Positions 25,265 to 36,500 of a DNA stretch of 64,000 nt are shown in pieces. Within the stretch, counting starts at the first letter, position 1. Every line of letters begins with the position of its first letter. The DNA lies in the NCBI RefSeq assembly GCF_040938485.1, contig NW_027271018.1, positions 434,001 through 498,000 of the forward strand, read 5' to 3'. The notes beneath the pieces are model-generated. The model was given only the letters and a program-made list of their open reading frames with translations, searched no databases and was not told the origin of the DNA. The position numbers were made by a program, and so were the translations under genes. Source of the DNA: Diadema antillarum. Its lineage: Eukaryota.

Positions 25265-28244
25265 GTGTGTGTGTGTGTGTGTGTGTAAGTGTACCTGTAT
25301 AGCGTATATACATTATACACGTATAACATAGGCCTGGATATCTCGAATAATATAATCTAATGTGTCATCATATGTTTTTGACACTATTAGTATATAATAC
25401 ATTCATTTGCTATAAGTCAACCTTACTCCTGAAGCCAATAATAAAAAGAAGGAATGTAATCGGAAAAAAAATGACTAATTTTGGACAGGGCAATTCCCAA
25501 ACGGAGTGGAAATTTGGGCGAACGAAGCTGTGGCTGCAGTTTATTCAGACCGACATCTCTATCCCACCACCGTTCAATCTCCTGCCCACGTCAGGGTACG
25601 TCATCCGACGTCTGAAGAAATGCTTCACCAGCTCGAGTATTAAAGGAAGCAGTAAGACCGAACCGGAGGTGAGATATGTATTCGTATATTATGTTGTTGT
25701 TGTTGTTGTTGTTGTTGCTGCTGTTGTTGTAGTAATATCATATTGCCTGCCCATACAATCAGTCCAATCATTCCTTCCGTCTCAAAGAGCATATTCGTGC
25801 CATGACCGTGCTATCCTTGGTTATGACGTCACAAACTGCACCAACTGCCTGAACAACGGAAACTGGGGCACAATCTCGTAGTGATTTGAAATGGTCAGAA
25901 ATCAGAATATTCTGATAAACGGTCTGTTACCATCCGTGTAGAATTTTTTTTATGCCGTGTGTCAATTACTGAAGTATGGGCGAAGAATTTTTTTTTTTGA
26001 ATGGGAATCAGTTTCATGCAACAACTGCCTGAACAATGCAAAGTGGCAAATGGAGGCATATTCTTCTATTATTTGAAAGGTAATGAGTTGTTACATGGGA
26101 CTGAGATGGACTGTCCTACTCCCAAATGACTGAAAGAGAAGTGGCCCATGTCTCTGACTAAAATCTAGAACAGCAACAACAACCACAAAATCCAGAATGA
26201 CAGAATGACAAAGCCGTGTCCTGTTTTTCTCCTCTTGAATAATTCCAGAAACCATCAACACATTCTGACGAGGGTGATCCCAGGGTAAGTGTTGACTGCG
26301 GTTGGTATATCACCTCATTCTCCCCACTCTTTCCCTTTCCTCTCATCGTTTTTTGTTCGCTCTGAACGCGCCAAAGAATCGCAAAAGATAAAAAGCAGAT
26401 AGTGACAACAATTATTCCTCGGATTTTCATGGATTTTTGCCAGGTTGCAAAGATAAATGAAGAGCTGCAAATATACAGTGAGTCGTATCCAACATGATGA
26501 TGATCATAAAGATTATTCGACGAGAAAAAGTAAAGAGCTGCCCTTGTGCACTTTGATGATTAAGAGAAATTAGATTTTAACGGCAAAGCTAGATTGATAT
26601 ATTGTTCCACATCTATTCAATAATTACGCTAATTCATACAACGTTCACTTTGACCTTAGCAAAAAAAAAATATAGACTGGCGAACAATATGGCAGAAGTT
26701 CTATCAAAATCTCAAATGAACTGAGATCGTAATAATTCTTCAGTTTTCACTGTAAAGATAAGCCAGATATTGGTTGCCACCACACGTACAAATTGCAAGG
26801 ATCAATGACGCCACTACATTAGAAGTCTCCAAATGGGCTGAAGTTCTTTTTTTTTTTTTCATTACATTGAGTCAATAGATGGTACTTATTTTTAGATACA
26901 ATTTTTGGAAGATATTTTTTCTTGTAAACGTTATATCTATTTTGTGAAAATGCAGAAATCAAATCAAATCGAATAAAAAAGAAAAGTATGTCCTGATCTG
27001 ACCGCTTCGTGAAATCATTTGAAACTAAGGACTCATTTTTTTTTCTCTTCATTCCAGCCCAAATGATATTGAAAGTAAAATCTGAGATAATTGAAAGAGA
27101 AAGAGGAATTCGAGTTTGATGTTTGATGAAACTACCTATACCATTCTGATCGTCTGATTCAGCTCTATGTAAGCCAGCTACAGCCAATTTAAACCTGGAA
27201 CTTGTCCTTTAAAACCTCTCCTTTCAGGCCGTGATGAAGTTGATACTGAATCGATACAACACGACAAACATAGAGAAGCCAGCTGATGACGATTGTATCT
27301 CTACTGATGACGTCAGAGCCATCAGGGAAGACTTTGTCACCGTAAAGTAAGTAAGACCATAGATTCTGCCAATGCGACCGACAAGTCCCGCTGCATTATA
27401 AGTGGCAATGGTATCAATTAGGAGTGCGCTCGCAAAGGTTGAAAACGGTCCTGGGCCCTGTTTCATAAAGCTGTTCGCAAAGCTACGCATGGTTTTATGA
27501 ACAACTGGAATATGAAGTGCCAATATGGGTGCCCATTTTTTTCCTTACCTTTCAACGAAGTATGACTGTCAATATTTGTTTACATTGGGGCAAAAATACA
27601 CTTTCAACTATGTGCTAATATGTAATGATAATCATAACCATCTTCAAATTTCAACTTTAGCTATTGAAATAAACAATGATTAGGAAACTCACTTGGCTTG
27701 TCATATTTAAGTCGTTCGTAAAGTCCTGCGTAACTATACGATCAACTTTATGAAACAGGGCCCTGGCTTAAAGTCATTGCATGTGATAATAAGGATGACA
27801 TCTGAGGAAATGAAAAGTTTCTCACTCACTGACATTTGCAGTCGAGGTATAACTGGGACCAAAGAAATAAGCATTTACACGCTTGTCTCGTAGTTTATAG
27901 AGCTTATATGAGTTTTCGAGAATACACATTATCTTTATACGTATAATTGGCTTGCATTAAGTTTTGTGTGGGAGGGGAGGGGTAGTCACTATGATTTTAG
28001 AACATTGCAACCCACAAAAACTGTATCTATAATTATCTCATACTCTTACAAGAGCGCTGCGAGAGCCGAAGCAGAATAATCCCCAATCATGTCCGCAATG
28101 TCAAATATGCTTGTATGAATACACAGCGGCGGAAGATTTGCTCTAACTATCCTCTGTCTAGATTCTGACCCAACCTTTAGCCGTGGCGAATGTACCACTT
28201 GACTCAACCATCTTTGAGGGAGAGAAAGGAAGAAAAAAAAGAAG

Positions 28245-28275
<31 letters not shown>

Positions 28276-29144
28276 GGAGAAAGAGGGAGGGAGGGAGAGG
28301 GAGAAAGGGAGAGAAGGACAGCAGTAATACAATAGCAACAGGAAAAATTATTTGATAAAACTTCTCACTTCGCTGTTTCAAAAGACAGTAAACCGTCAAG
28401 AACGATTTTGCCTTGTCTCTCTAAATTAAACTATGTACAAACATGTAATCACATGACCTACTTGTAACTTACTGGTCAAATCTTTTCTTCATATGTAGCC
28501 TAGAATGCTATCCCATTGGCATGATTACTTCCAGATCTTATCGAATTCTATAAAAACTTCTACCCACAAACATTGATTGATATGACACACAATTTTGCAA
28601 ATCTAAGTGTATGTGGCATTTGCGAAGGTGTCTTTTTATAGTTCGTTTTGCTTTAGATGTTCTTCTGTTTGTCTGTCGATAATCACCAAGGTTCAACATC
28701 CAAACGCAACTCCGCATCGTGGAAGAGATGCTGACGGTCATCGAATTCCAGAGCGACGACGTCCTCTCGACCCTGCCCACCATGGATGGCATCAACGACA
28801 GATGCGGGTCGACCAGGAGTTCGCTCGGCGATATATACAGTCACGAGTACCCCGTCCTAGATGTCGATATGGATAACATTCAAGAGGTCATTTTGGATGT
28901 CGAAGAGGAGCTGATGTACGAACCCAAGGTCCCAGTAAAGGTTCCGCCGCCAAAGGACCCGCCCAAACGAGTCAAATCCTTCCAAATGCCACCGAAGAAG
29001 CCACCGGAGCTCAAACGTCATGGATCGCTGGCACTGCTGATGGCTTCCATGTTTGAAGGGGGTAGAACGATCGACGTGGACCATGTCGTCAAAGAAGAAC
29101 TAGAGTTGTACAGAGAAAAGGGCGGCTTTCAGAGCAAACCGTGA
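11812..29144 (+). CDS. Divergent TRPC-like (canonical TRP) cation channel, paralog 1, about 892 aa
   Basis: Phase-consistent exons: 11812-11955, 13026-13131, 14835-14959, 15553-15657, 16399-16689, 16955-17044 (GC donor), 17819-17997, 19803-19924, 21006-21145, 21951-22101, 22698-22879, 23483-23553, 24851-25034, 25489-25668, 26249-26284, 27228-27346, 28691-29144; total 2679 nt. Motifs: ankyrin-like repeats (GDALLRA; MTPLKMAAIRNNF), TRP_2-like IYRALSSEAYL...FAASLLD, YQQKQFVAHAYTQ, WDDPNVVANTVF, S6 VLINTLVAM, TRP box EWKFGR, IPPPFNLLP. The 36-nt exon 26249-26284 is the least certain. Confidence 0.9.
20332..20583. mobile_element. Kolobok-like MITE, TTAA target duplication, ~110-bp TIRs
   Basis: TTAAagtgatctcttatcttcgc...gcgaagataagagatcactTTAA. 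The arms are near-perfect inverted repeats (ataggctttagaatctcagtctgcaatctgattggtcaattatc and its reverse complement). Confidence 0.85.
21273..21446. mobile_element. Degenerate inverted-repeat DNA element
   Basis: ggaattcaaagtt..gagatatccaaaacaaagc is mirrored by gctttg..ttttggatatctc..aactttgaattcc. Confidence 0.5.
22166..22221. repeat. (CAA)n microsatellite; representative of many SSRs, e.g. (CAT)n 20785-20864, (TA)n 25221-25261, (CA)n 32592-32638, (TA)n 49876-49935, (TA)n 55911-55958, (CA)n 60629-60674
   Basis: Directly visible simple repeats; boundaries are approximate. Confidence 0.95.
24054..24491. mobile_element. Degenerate MITE with ~150-bp inverted arms
   Basis: atgaatgtctcactgaatggatgag...tgcaggtttgtgtttagggtt is mirrored by aaccctaaacacaaatctgca...ctcatccattcagtgagacattcat. 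Confidence 0.65.
27451..27765. mobile_element. PIF/Harbinger-type MITE, 3-bp TSD CTG
   Basis: CTG-ggccctgtttcataaag ... ctttatgaaacagggcc-CTG (17-bp perfect TIR). Confidence 0.85.
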
Positions 29145-30053
29145 AAGGAATTGTTGTCTCTGTATAAAGATGATGACAGTAACTAATAATGAGCACTTAA
29201 GAGCGCAATATCTACTTTACTTTCCTGCTAAAAACCGAAAGTATTGGTAACGCTAAGATAATGAGTTGCTTGCCTTACTGCAATACGTCTCGTCAGTCCC
29301 TTTGAGTCTTTTAATACATTAAAACTGTGGTGCATGTTTTGTTTTGAGATGAAACCAAGTAGTTTGTTTTTGTTGTTTCTTTAACCCAGGTAGTGCTTGC
29401 CATATATTTCTAATGTGTTCTTCATTGACTTGTTACTTTTAATTTTTATCGGAGTGAAAAACTCTTATTTAGCTGGGGTATCTACTTCTATCAACTTACC
29501 GGTATACACTCTCTTAAATTGGCCTCATCATTATCATCATAGCAATCATTCAACTCTGTTCATCAAGTGTAGAATTCGAACTGCTAAGTGTAACATGGCG
29601 CTCCCACACAGTATGTGTGTCCTTCAAGTAGAACGACGCTGTATTGTAAACCTTACGAGTGTCTTTGACTCATATACACGTTAGTTTTCTACGAAACATG
29701 ATTGCATTTACCATGATTAGATCACAGTACGGAAGATTTCAAGGACCATTACTTGCGAACATCCGCAAAAGAGTTTGGCACGTAATTCTGTGTCCGCTGA
29801 GGAAAAAAATGATATCTGGAACTGGGGATCNNNNNNNNNNNNNNNNNNNNNNNNNNNNNNNNNNNNNNNNNNNNNNNNNNNNNNNNNNNNNNNNNNNNNN
29901 NNNNNNNNNNNNNNNNNNNNNNNNNNNNNNNNNNNNNNNNNNNNNNNNNNNNNNNNNNNNNNNNNNNNNNNAGGAGAAATCGGTGCGTAGCTTTGACATC
30001 ATTATTTCTCTTACTGTTTCTCCTTTTCGGAAAAGCGTAAGAGTTGAAAAATT

Positions 30054-30126
30054 GGTCTCCGCCGGGACTCGAACCCGGGTCTTTTGGCATGGAACGCCAA
30101 CGCCTTAACCACTCGGCCACGGAGAC
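30054..30126 (-). tRNA. tRNA-like cloverleaf with TCC (Gly) anticodon; atypical, probably a tRNA-derived element or pseudogene
   Basis: Minus strand reads GTCTCCG TG GCCGAGTGGTTAAGGC G TTGGC GTTCCAT GCCAA AAGAC CCGGG TTCGAGT CCCGG CGGAGAC C. The acceptor, anticodon and T stems are fully paired, A and B boxes are present, and a T5 run follows 2 nt later. Confidence 0.6.
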
Positions 30127-31721
30127 GTCATAGCGGTACAGGCAGACCCAAGCTCGAATACCCGACGGACCCCATATATATTCCTTTCTTATGTCCTTTG
30201 CAATAATATCATAATATTGATGATGATCCACAGCATTTGTATGGCGCCACATATCTGTTTTAAAACGCAAACTGCTCCAAGAGAGTTAGCAATTAAATGC
30301 CTGGTGAAAAATGATTATTAAAAAAAAAGATAAACTAGCTTTTCAATCTAATGTGTAAACAATTACCTACATCCAAACACTCCAATTTCTTGTCATGTAC
30401 TGTCACATTATTACATGTAACAATTACATATCCATGCCAATCTGTCAAACTATATTTAACATACACATAATTATATCAAAACAGTCATGTACATTATACA
30501 TCATGAAATTAACTACAGTAACCTAACTGCTTCTGAAATAATTATTAGATAATACAGGGAATACAATAATCCAGCTATGAGAAGACAATGTCTAAACCAT
30601 AACTATCCAACCGGGTGCTCTCTGCATGTCAGGAGTTTTTTTTTAATTTATTTCGAATGAGCCTAATTTTTTCTTTGTCATATTTCAAGGAATGATATCT
30701 TAGTTGAAACGATTGATATTCCGGAATGTCAGCGGGTTAGGGTTAAGAGTCATTACTCTCAATAAACGTACATTATTTGAACAACAAACTATAATCTCAT
30801 TCAGTTTCACTATACGTGTCTGTTCCATGAGAGTTAATTGTGTTGGATGATGACCTATAGCTCACCGCTGGATTTGTACTCGCTTTACTACACTTGAGCG
30901 CTCCTATAATCAACTGTGCCCAATTTACCGTGGACTAAACAGTTTGCGCATGAGCTGAACGGTGTCGTAATTATGCCCATATAGTATGACTTTAGCCATG
31001 TCAAGAAAACATGATTTAGTTTGCTGCTTGCTTTGATTGCTTCATTCCTTAAAAGGCAAGCTTCCCGTTTTGAGAGAATTTTGAATGATTATATGAAGAT
31101 GAATGTGACCATGTTTTATTTTAAAATCACAGTGTTATGAAATTGTTTTTGAACTTAATCGGATAACAGCTACTGGGAAAACGTGCATGCCGCATCTTGA
31201 CGTAACGTCATTGTCACATTGTGTTATTTCTCTTATCTTCCGCCATTTATAGGAAGATGTTTCTTTTCAAAAGACTGATTAGTTTGTCAGCACGCAGCGT
31301 CATTTGTACAGAGGAGGTATCGTATCGAAATATATAGTTCAAAATAATACAAAGAAGGCGGGAGATGCAACAGAGGTGGTTGCAGAAAATAGTTGGGGAC
31401 ATGGGAATAGAGGGATAATGCTATTGTGATGGGAACGTTGATGATGATGATTGCCAAAATAAAATGTAAGTTTTATGCTGTGGTTTCAGCCGTCAAGCTA
31501 AGACAGAGTAAATTGCTGTTTGTTTGGTTTTACACTCAAAATGGGATAATGCACTACATTCCGATCTTATTCAACTTGCATACATTTTTTGACTGCAAAG
31601 AATTGAACAAGATGTTAAAACTGTCTAAAAGAACATCTTGATTTTGTTCGAGCCACATTTCATGATGATGATGATGATGATGAAGACGGTATTTTCTGAA
31701 GTTAGAGTTCGACGTATACAC

Positions 31722-32262
31722 TAAAGGGCTTTTTACACTTGTAAATTTTTGCTTAGTCCCGTACCAACGGTGGGGCTAAGGGGAGGGGGGGGGCGGTCTT
31801 AGCCCCACCGTTGGTACGGGACTATCCTTAGCCCACTTTCTGTTTACAATCGTTTTTGCCAAAGTGGGCTAGCCCCACCGATAATCCCGTACTATCTGGC
31901 CCTGCAAAATAGCAGGGTTAGCAAGTGAGTGTAAACAGAACGAAAAAATAATCCTGAGCTAAGCGACGGAGACGAAGTCCGACCCTCACTGACCAATCAG
32001 AAACGAGGTAATCAAGTTCTGCCGGTGCGTGCGTGTACGTGTACAGTACACAGCGTAATCATGAATATTCATGTGGTTTGGAAAGTACCGGACTAAGAAA
32101 TACGAGTGTAAAAAGGTCAATTTTCTCCTTAGCCCCGGACAAGAGCTTAGTACGGGACGAATTGGCGAGTGTAAAAAGCTGAAAAAATTGGTACGGGACT
32201 AACGATAGTCCTGGGTCAGAGAAAGTCCGGGGTTAAGAAACACAAGTGTAAAAAGGGCTTAA
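31722..32262. mobile_element. PIF/Harbinger-type non-autonomous element, TAA TSD
   Basis: TAA-agggctttttacacttg ... caagtgtaaaaagggct-TAA, with repeated internal gtacgggac and gagtgtaaaaa subterminal motifs. Confidence 0.8.
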
Positions 32263-32585
32263 GCAAGCAAGGCCCACGACACCGACACATAAAGCCCCCT
32301 GTTGTATTGCCGAACTCGTGGGCTATAGTATCCAACCCGTAGGCCTCATTTGCCTAGTGTCGAACTCATGGGCTGTATGACTCGTACTAAGTATGACTCA
32401 TGGACCTTTTTTTTTCTATGTCGAACTCGTGGTTTGCATGATTCGTTGGTGTCAGTCTCGTGGGATGACCCAAAATTAAGTCACAAAGCCTTACTTGTGC
32501 TCTTAGTTGACCATGATAGTCTTAATTTCTTAAGTTTATTTTCATCCTTTGACCTGTTGCAAAATTCTGATTGAATTATGACATG

Positions 32586-32639
<54 letters not shown>

Positions 32640-33538
32640 CACAAACGCGCGTTGTATGGCGACTCTCGTAGATATGTATTTCTGCTTTGCCATTTCCCGA
32701 GAATAGAATATTTCTCGTGCGCTCCGCTATTCAGCCTTGTTTTTGTGTGTCAGAGTCGATATGTTCAATCATGGGAAACTACAATATGCTAAACGAGTAG
32801 GCCTTTTTAATTTTGAAATTATGTGTTCATTACTCAACTTAAACGACAATAGAATATCAGAATTGAAAAAGAAAAAGATAAACCCATAATCATACAGCAT
32901 GTAATCGAGAGGCTAATAGGATCGCATTTTTCTTCTTTGAGTGCCGACAGAAATTAAACTACTAATAACTTTTTATTTTTATATCGAGGCTATTCTTTTT
33001 AGGAATTTATGAATAGACGGTGGTGATATGGTTTGTGTGAACACCATATAGAAACGATTATCGTAATAGCTTTATCATACTAAAGTGAGAAAGCTATATA
33101 TATTAAAGGACAAACAAACATAGTAATGCTCTTTAAGATAAATTATAAGATTACACTGGTGATTGATTTTATATGACCCGTTAAATTTGCCATTTGCTCA
33201 GCTATTCATGACAAAAAAAGCTTGAAACTAATCAATCATAACATGGCAATTTCCCTCAGAGGGGCAAATAAAAAGCTGATGGCTGTGCTTTCGAGAAATC
33301 TATTATTTTTCTTTGTTCTCCGAAAGCAAAATGCTTTCCTTAAGTTTAGCTTGCCAGTCATTACAATCATGGTGAACAGAGTTTGATTTGAACTGCGTAT
33401 CTGTATCTACATATAAGGCCGAATATATTACTCGCCGTAGGTAGATCGAGAAGAATATACACACCTCAACCATCGTTGACCATCAGGCTGTGTGCTATAA
33501 GTTCGTCATCGCACTTAAAACCTCCGACAAGATTTTTC

Positions 33539-36500
33539 ATGGAGGTGGTGGAAGAACACGTGACTGATGATAAGGTCACCTCTGTCTATGACGTGGGAAA
33601 GAAATTGTTCGCCGCGCTCGGGGCCGCTGATATGCTTCGCGCTTCGGAGCTCATCGGCGAAATCGAGAGGAAGAATCTGCAGGGGGATTACCGCGACGAG
33701 ATCGGACGCTCAGTCTACGAATACGCCATCGAAGGGGGGTTCACTGGTCAGTCCGTCCTTGAGGATGCAAACCGTGTAATTATATCCTGTAACCTGGTCA
33801 TCGTACTATCTTCATTCGTCTCGTTGTTATGGTGTCCTTTAGGCCTAATAGTGGTATACTATTATCGGTGCTTGACTGAATCTTACGGTCACCTAACACT
33901 ATTAATAAAAATCTTCTATTCTGTGGAAAATGTTCTGCCAAAACGCTTGTAATTGTCTGTTCATCGCTTGTCCCCGTGTAGTTTCACAGCGCGAAAGTAA
34001 TGTCTTCAACATCGCTTATTCATGTTCAGATTACCTAATGATTGATAGATTTCAAAAGTCAGTGGTCATTGTGATATGTGCCTGTAATGAACGACTTTCA
34101 GTTTATGGCGTTTTCAGACGTCAGTACCTTTCGCACACCAATTTCACAAAGAAATGCAAAGATAATGTTTTCTTGGACTACAGTGTTAATGATACTCCTA
34201 TCCCCAGCCCTGGTTCGTATTTAACTTGTGCTCCAGAACTAATCATTGTTGTTTTCTTCTTTCTTCTTAATTCTTCTGAAATAACTTTTTGTTTATCATA
34301 AAAGTGTGAGCTCGTAGAATATGGAGATGAAATCATTATGTCAGTGGATTTTATGGTTTGAAGCGGTATAGAAACATAATGATCTAGAAAACGTATTATC
34401 ATCTTGCTGCAGAAAGAGTCGTAACGTCACTTCGTTTCCTGAATACCATTATATTTGTAACAATTATGGAAATAAAACGAATGAAAATGATTATTGTTAG
34501 GAAACCCCGCGAAATATTTTAGAATAGAATCGTCTTTTCAACATGCAATTTTAAAGAAATACGTTGATTGCCAAATGTATGTATGTTATGTGAATACGAA
34601 GGACAGCAGCTTAAAGACAAGAATTTTTGATTTTCTTGCTGTTGTTACCTACATCCCCCTTTTTCAGCACTGTTTGTCAGCATGTTGACTGCCGGAATTC
34701 CCTTACCAGATGTAGCCCTTCTCCGATGTGTTGCCGCGTCCTTCGACTCGGGTGCGCTCGCGATTTGCGAGTATGCGAGGACACTGAATTCTGAGGTATG
34801 CACTTTTGCGATGATGTTGGTTCATTTCAACAGAAAAATCTGTTCTTGTTATCACACATCAATTTCTTCATTACGCTGTTGATTTGAGAGCAGAAGTTGT
34901 AGTAACATTTGCTAATGAAATTTAATTCATTATAATGGGTTTTTTTCTCGTATTTCTAAAAAATGAGAAAATCTGTAACCATAGTTTCATGTTTTGAACG
35001 GCACAGTCCTTTTTATTTCATATCTTTATATCATTTCATGATAAAAGAATTTGCTCAGCCAGTGGCTGTTAACAGTGGAAACACTTCACAAAGAGTATAG
35101 ATAACAAATGATAATCAAAAACAAAATTATGAAGAAAAGAACATTAAAAAAAGATATGTACAGAACATGGACAGAATACGAACAGAGACAAAAGATTGAC
35201 ATGAAACAAAACAACGATGGTAGTCGCCACATAACATAATTATTAAACTTTATCGCAATGAATACATGCATCGGACTAAATTTTGTATAAGTACGTTTTG
35301 AATGAGACTTGAAATTACTGAAACCTATGATTTGAATATCATCTGGAATTTCATTTCATCTTTACTCTCTCTGTATTGTTAACTTCTGCACACAAAATTG
35401 GTCGAGGATTTACATAACTCAAACATTAACGTGCATGGCGAGTGTAAAATAACAAATTGTATGTTTAAGTGAAAACAACTGACAGAGCCTCTTGGGGTAG
35501 GCCCTACAACCATTTTATGCATTGCATGTATACTTATGTCTGTGTCTCACTTCAGCTTTATGAATACTTTGTTGATCATATACTTATTTTGTTGCATACC
35601 TCCATGACTGACGTTCAGAACAGTATACGTAACGACCGGTTTTGTAATCTTTGAGATTTGTAAATGAACGTTTTGCCACAATTATTTCCCCACATGACTA
35701 TGATCACAATAATCAAATCTTTCTTGTATAATCCTTCTAACTCACAAATGCACTCATCACATTTATTGGGAGCAATATACCAATATCGAATGACATATGA
35801 AACAGGTTTTTGGCTAAAAGAGAACTATATGATTTGTCAGTTATCTTGATTAAGGTTAAAACATTTCAAAAGATATCTCCCCCAAATCTGGTGTTGATTT
35901 CATTTGAAATGAATACAATGAACTCAAAAAGGGGTTATTCCGTGTCGAGATATAGATGGAACCAACCATCTTTATGCGTGTGTGTCTTTGCTTGCTTGTG
36001 TATATAATGTTTGTGTGCCTTACACAAAGAAGGACAGAGAGGCCATTTTGAACAGTCGCAGCAACATGACTGGGTTCCACTCAGGCCAGTCAGCATTGCT
36101 TCTTGCGGCGATGAAGAATAACTTTGTCATGGTCGAGGTATGTACGTGTATAGATCACAATCTTATCATATTTTTGTCCTCGAATGTTAAACCTTTACGA
36201 TCTCGCCAAATGCCTGTCTAACATTATCTTTATGCAAAAGATTAACAGGAGCCTTGTCTATCAATATTCATGCCTCTATCACGATCGATCGCTATTGGCA
36301 GAAGCTGTATGGAATTTCGAATCGAATAGATTTCTTCCGAATGAACACTTGAAGTTATAGCCAAATACGGCCTATATTCAACCATAGACGATGCCATGAG
36401 ATGGACATTCGTGTAAAACAAGTTGTAGGCCTACACGTGAACAGTTCCTTCGTATATAATAAACGCCTAAAAAAAAGTCAGGCTTCTTTTAAACTCCATT

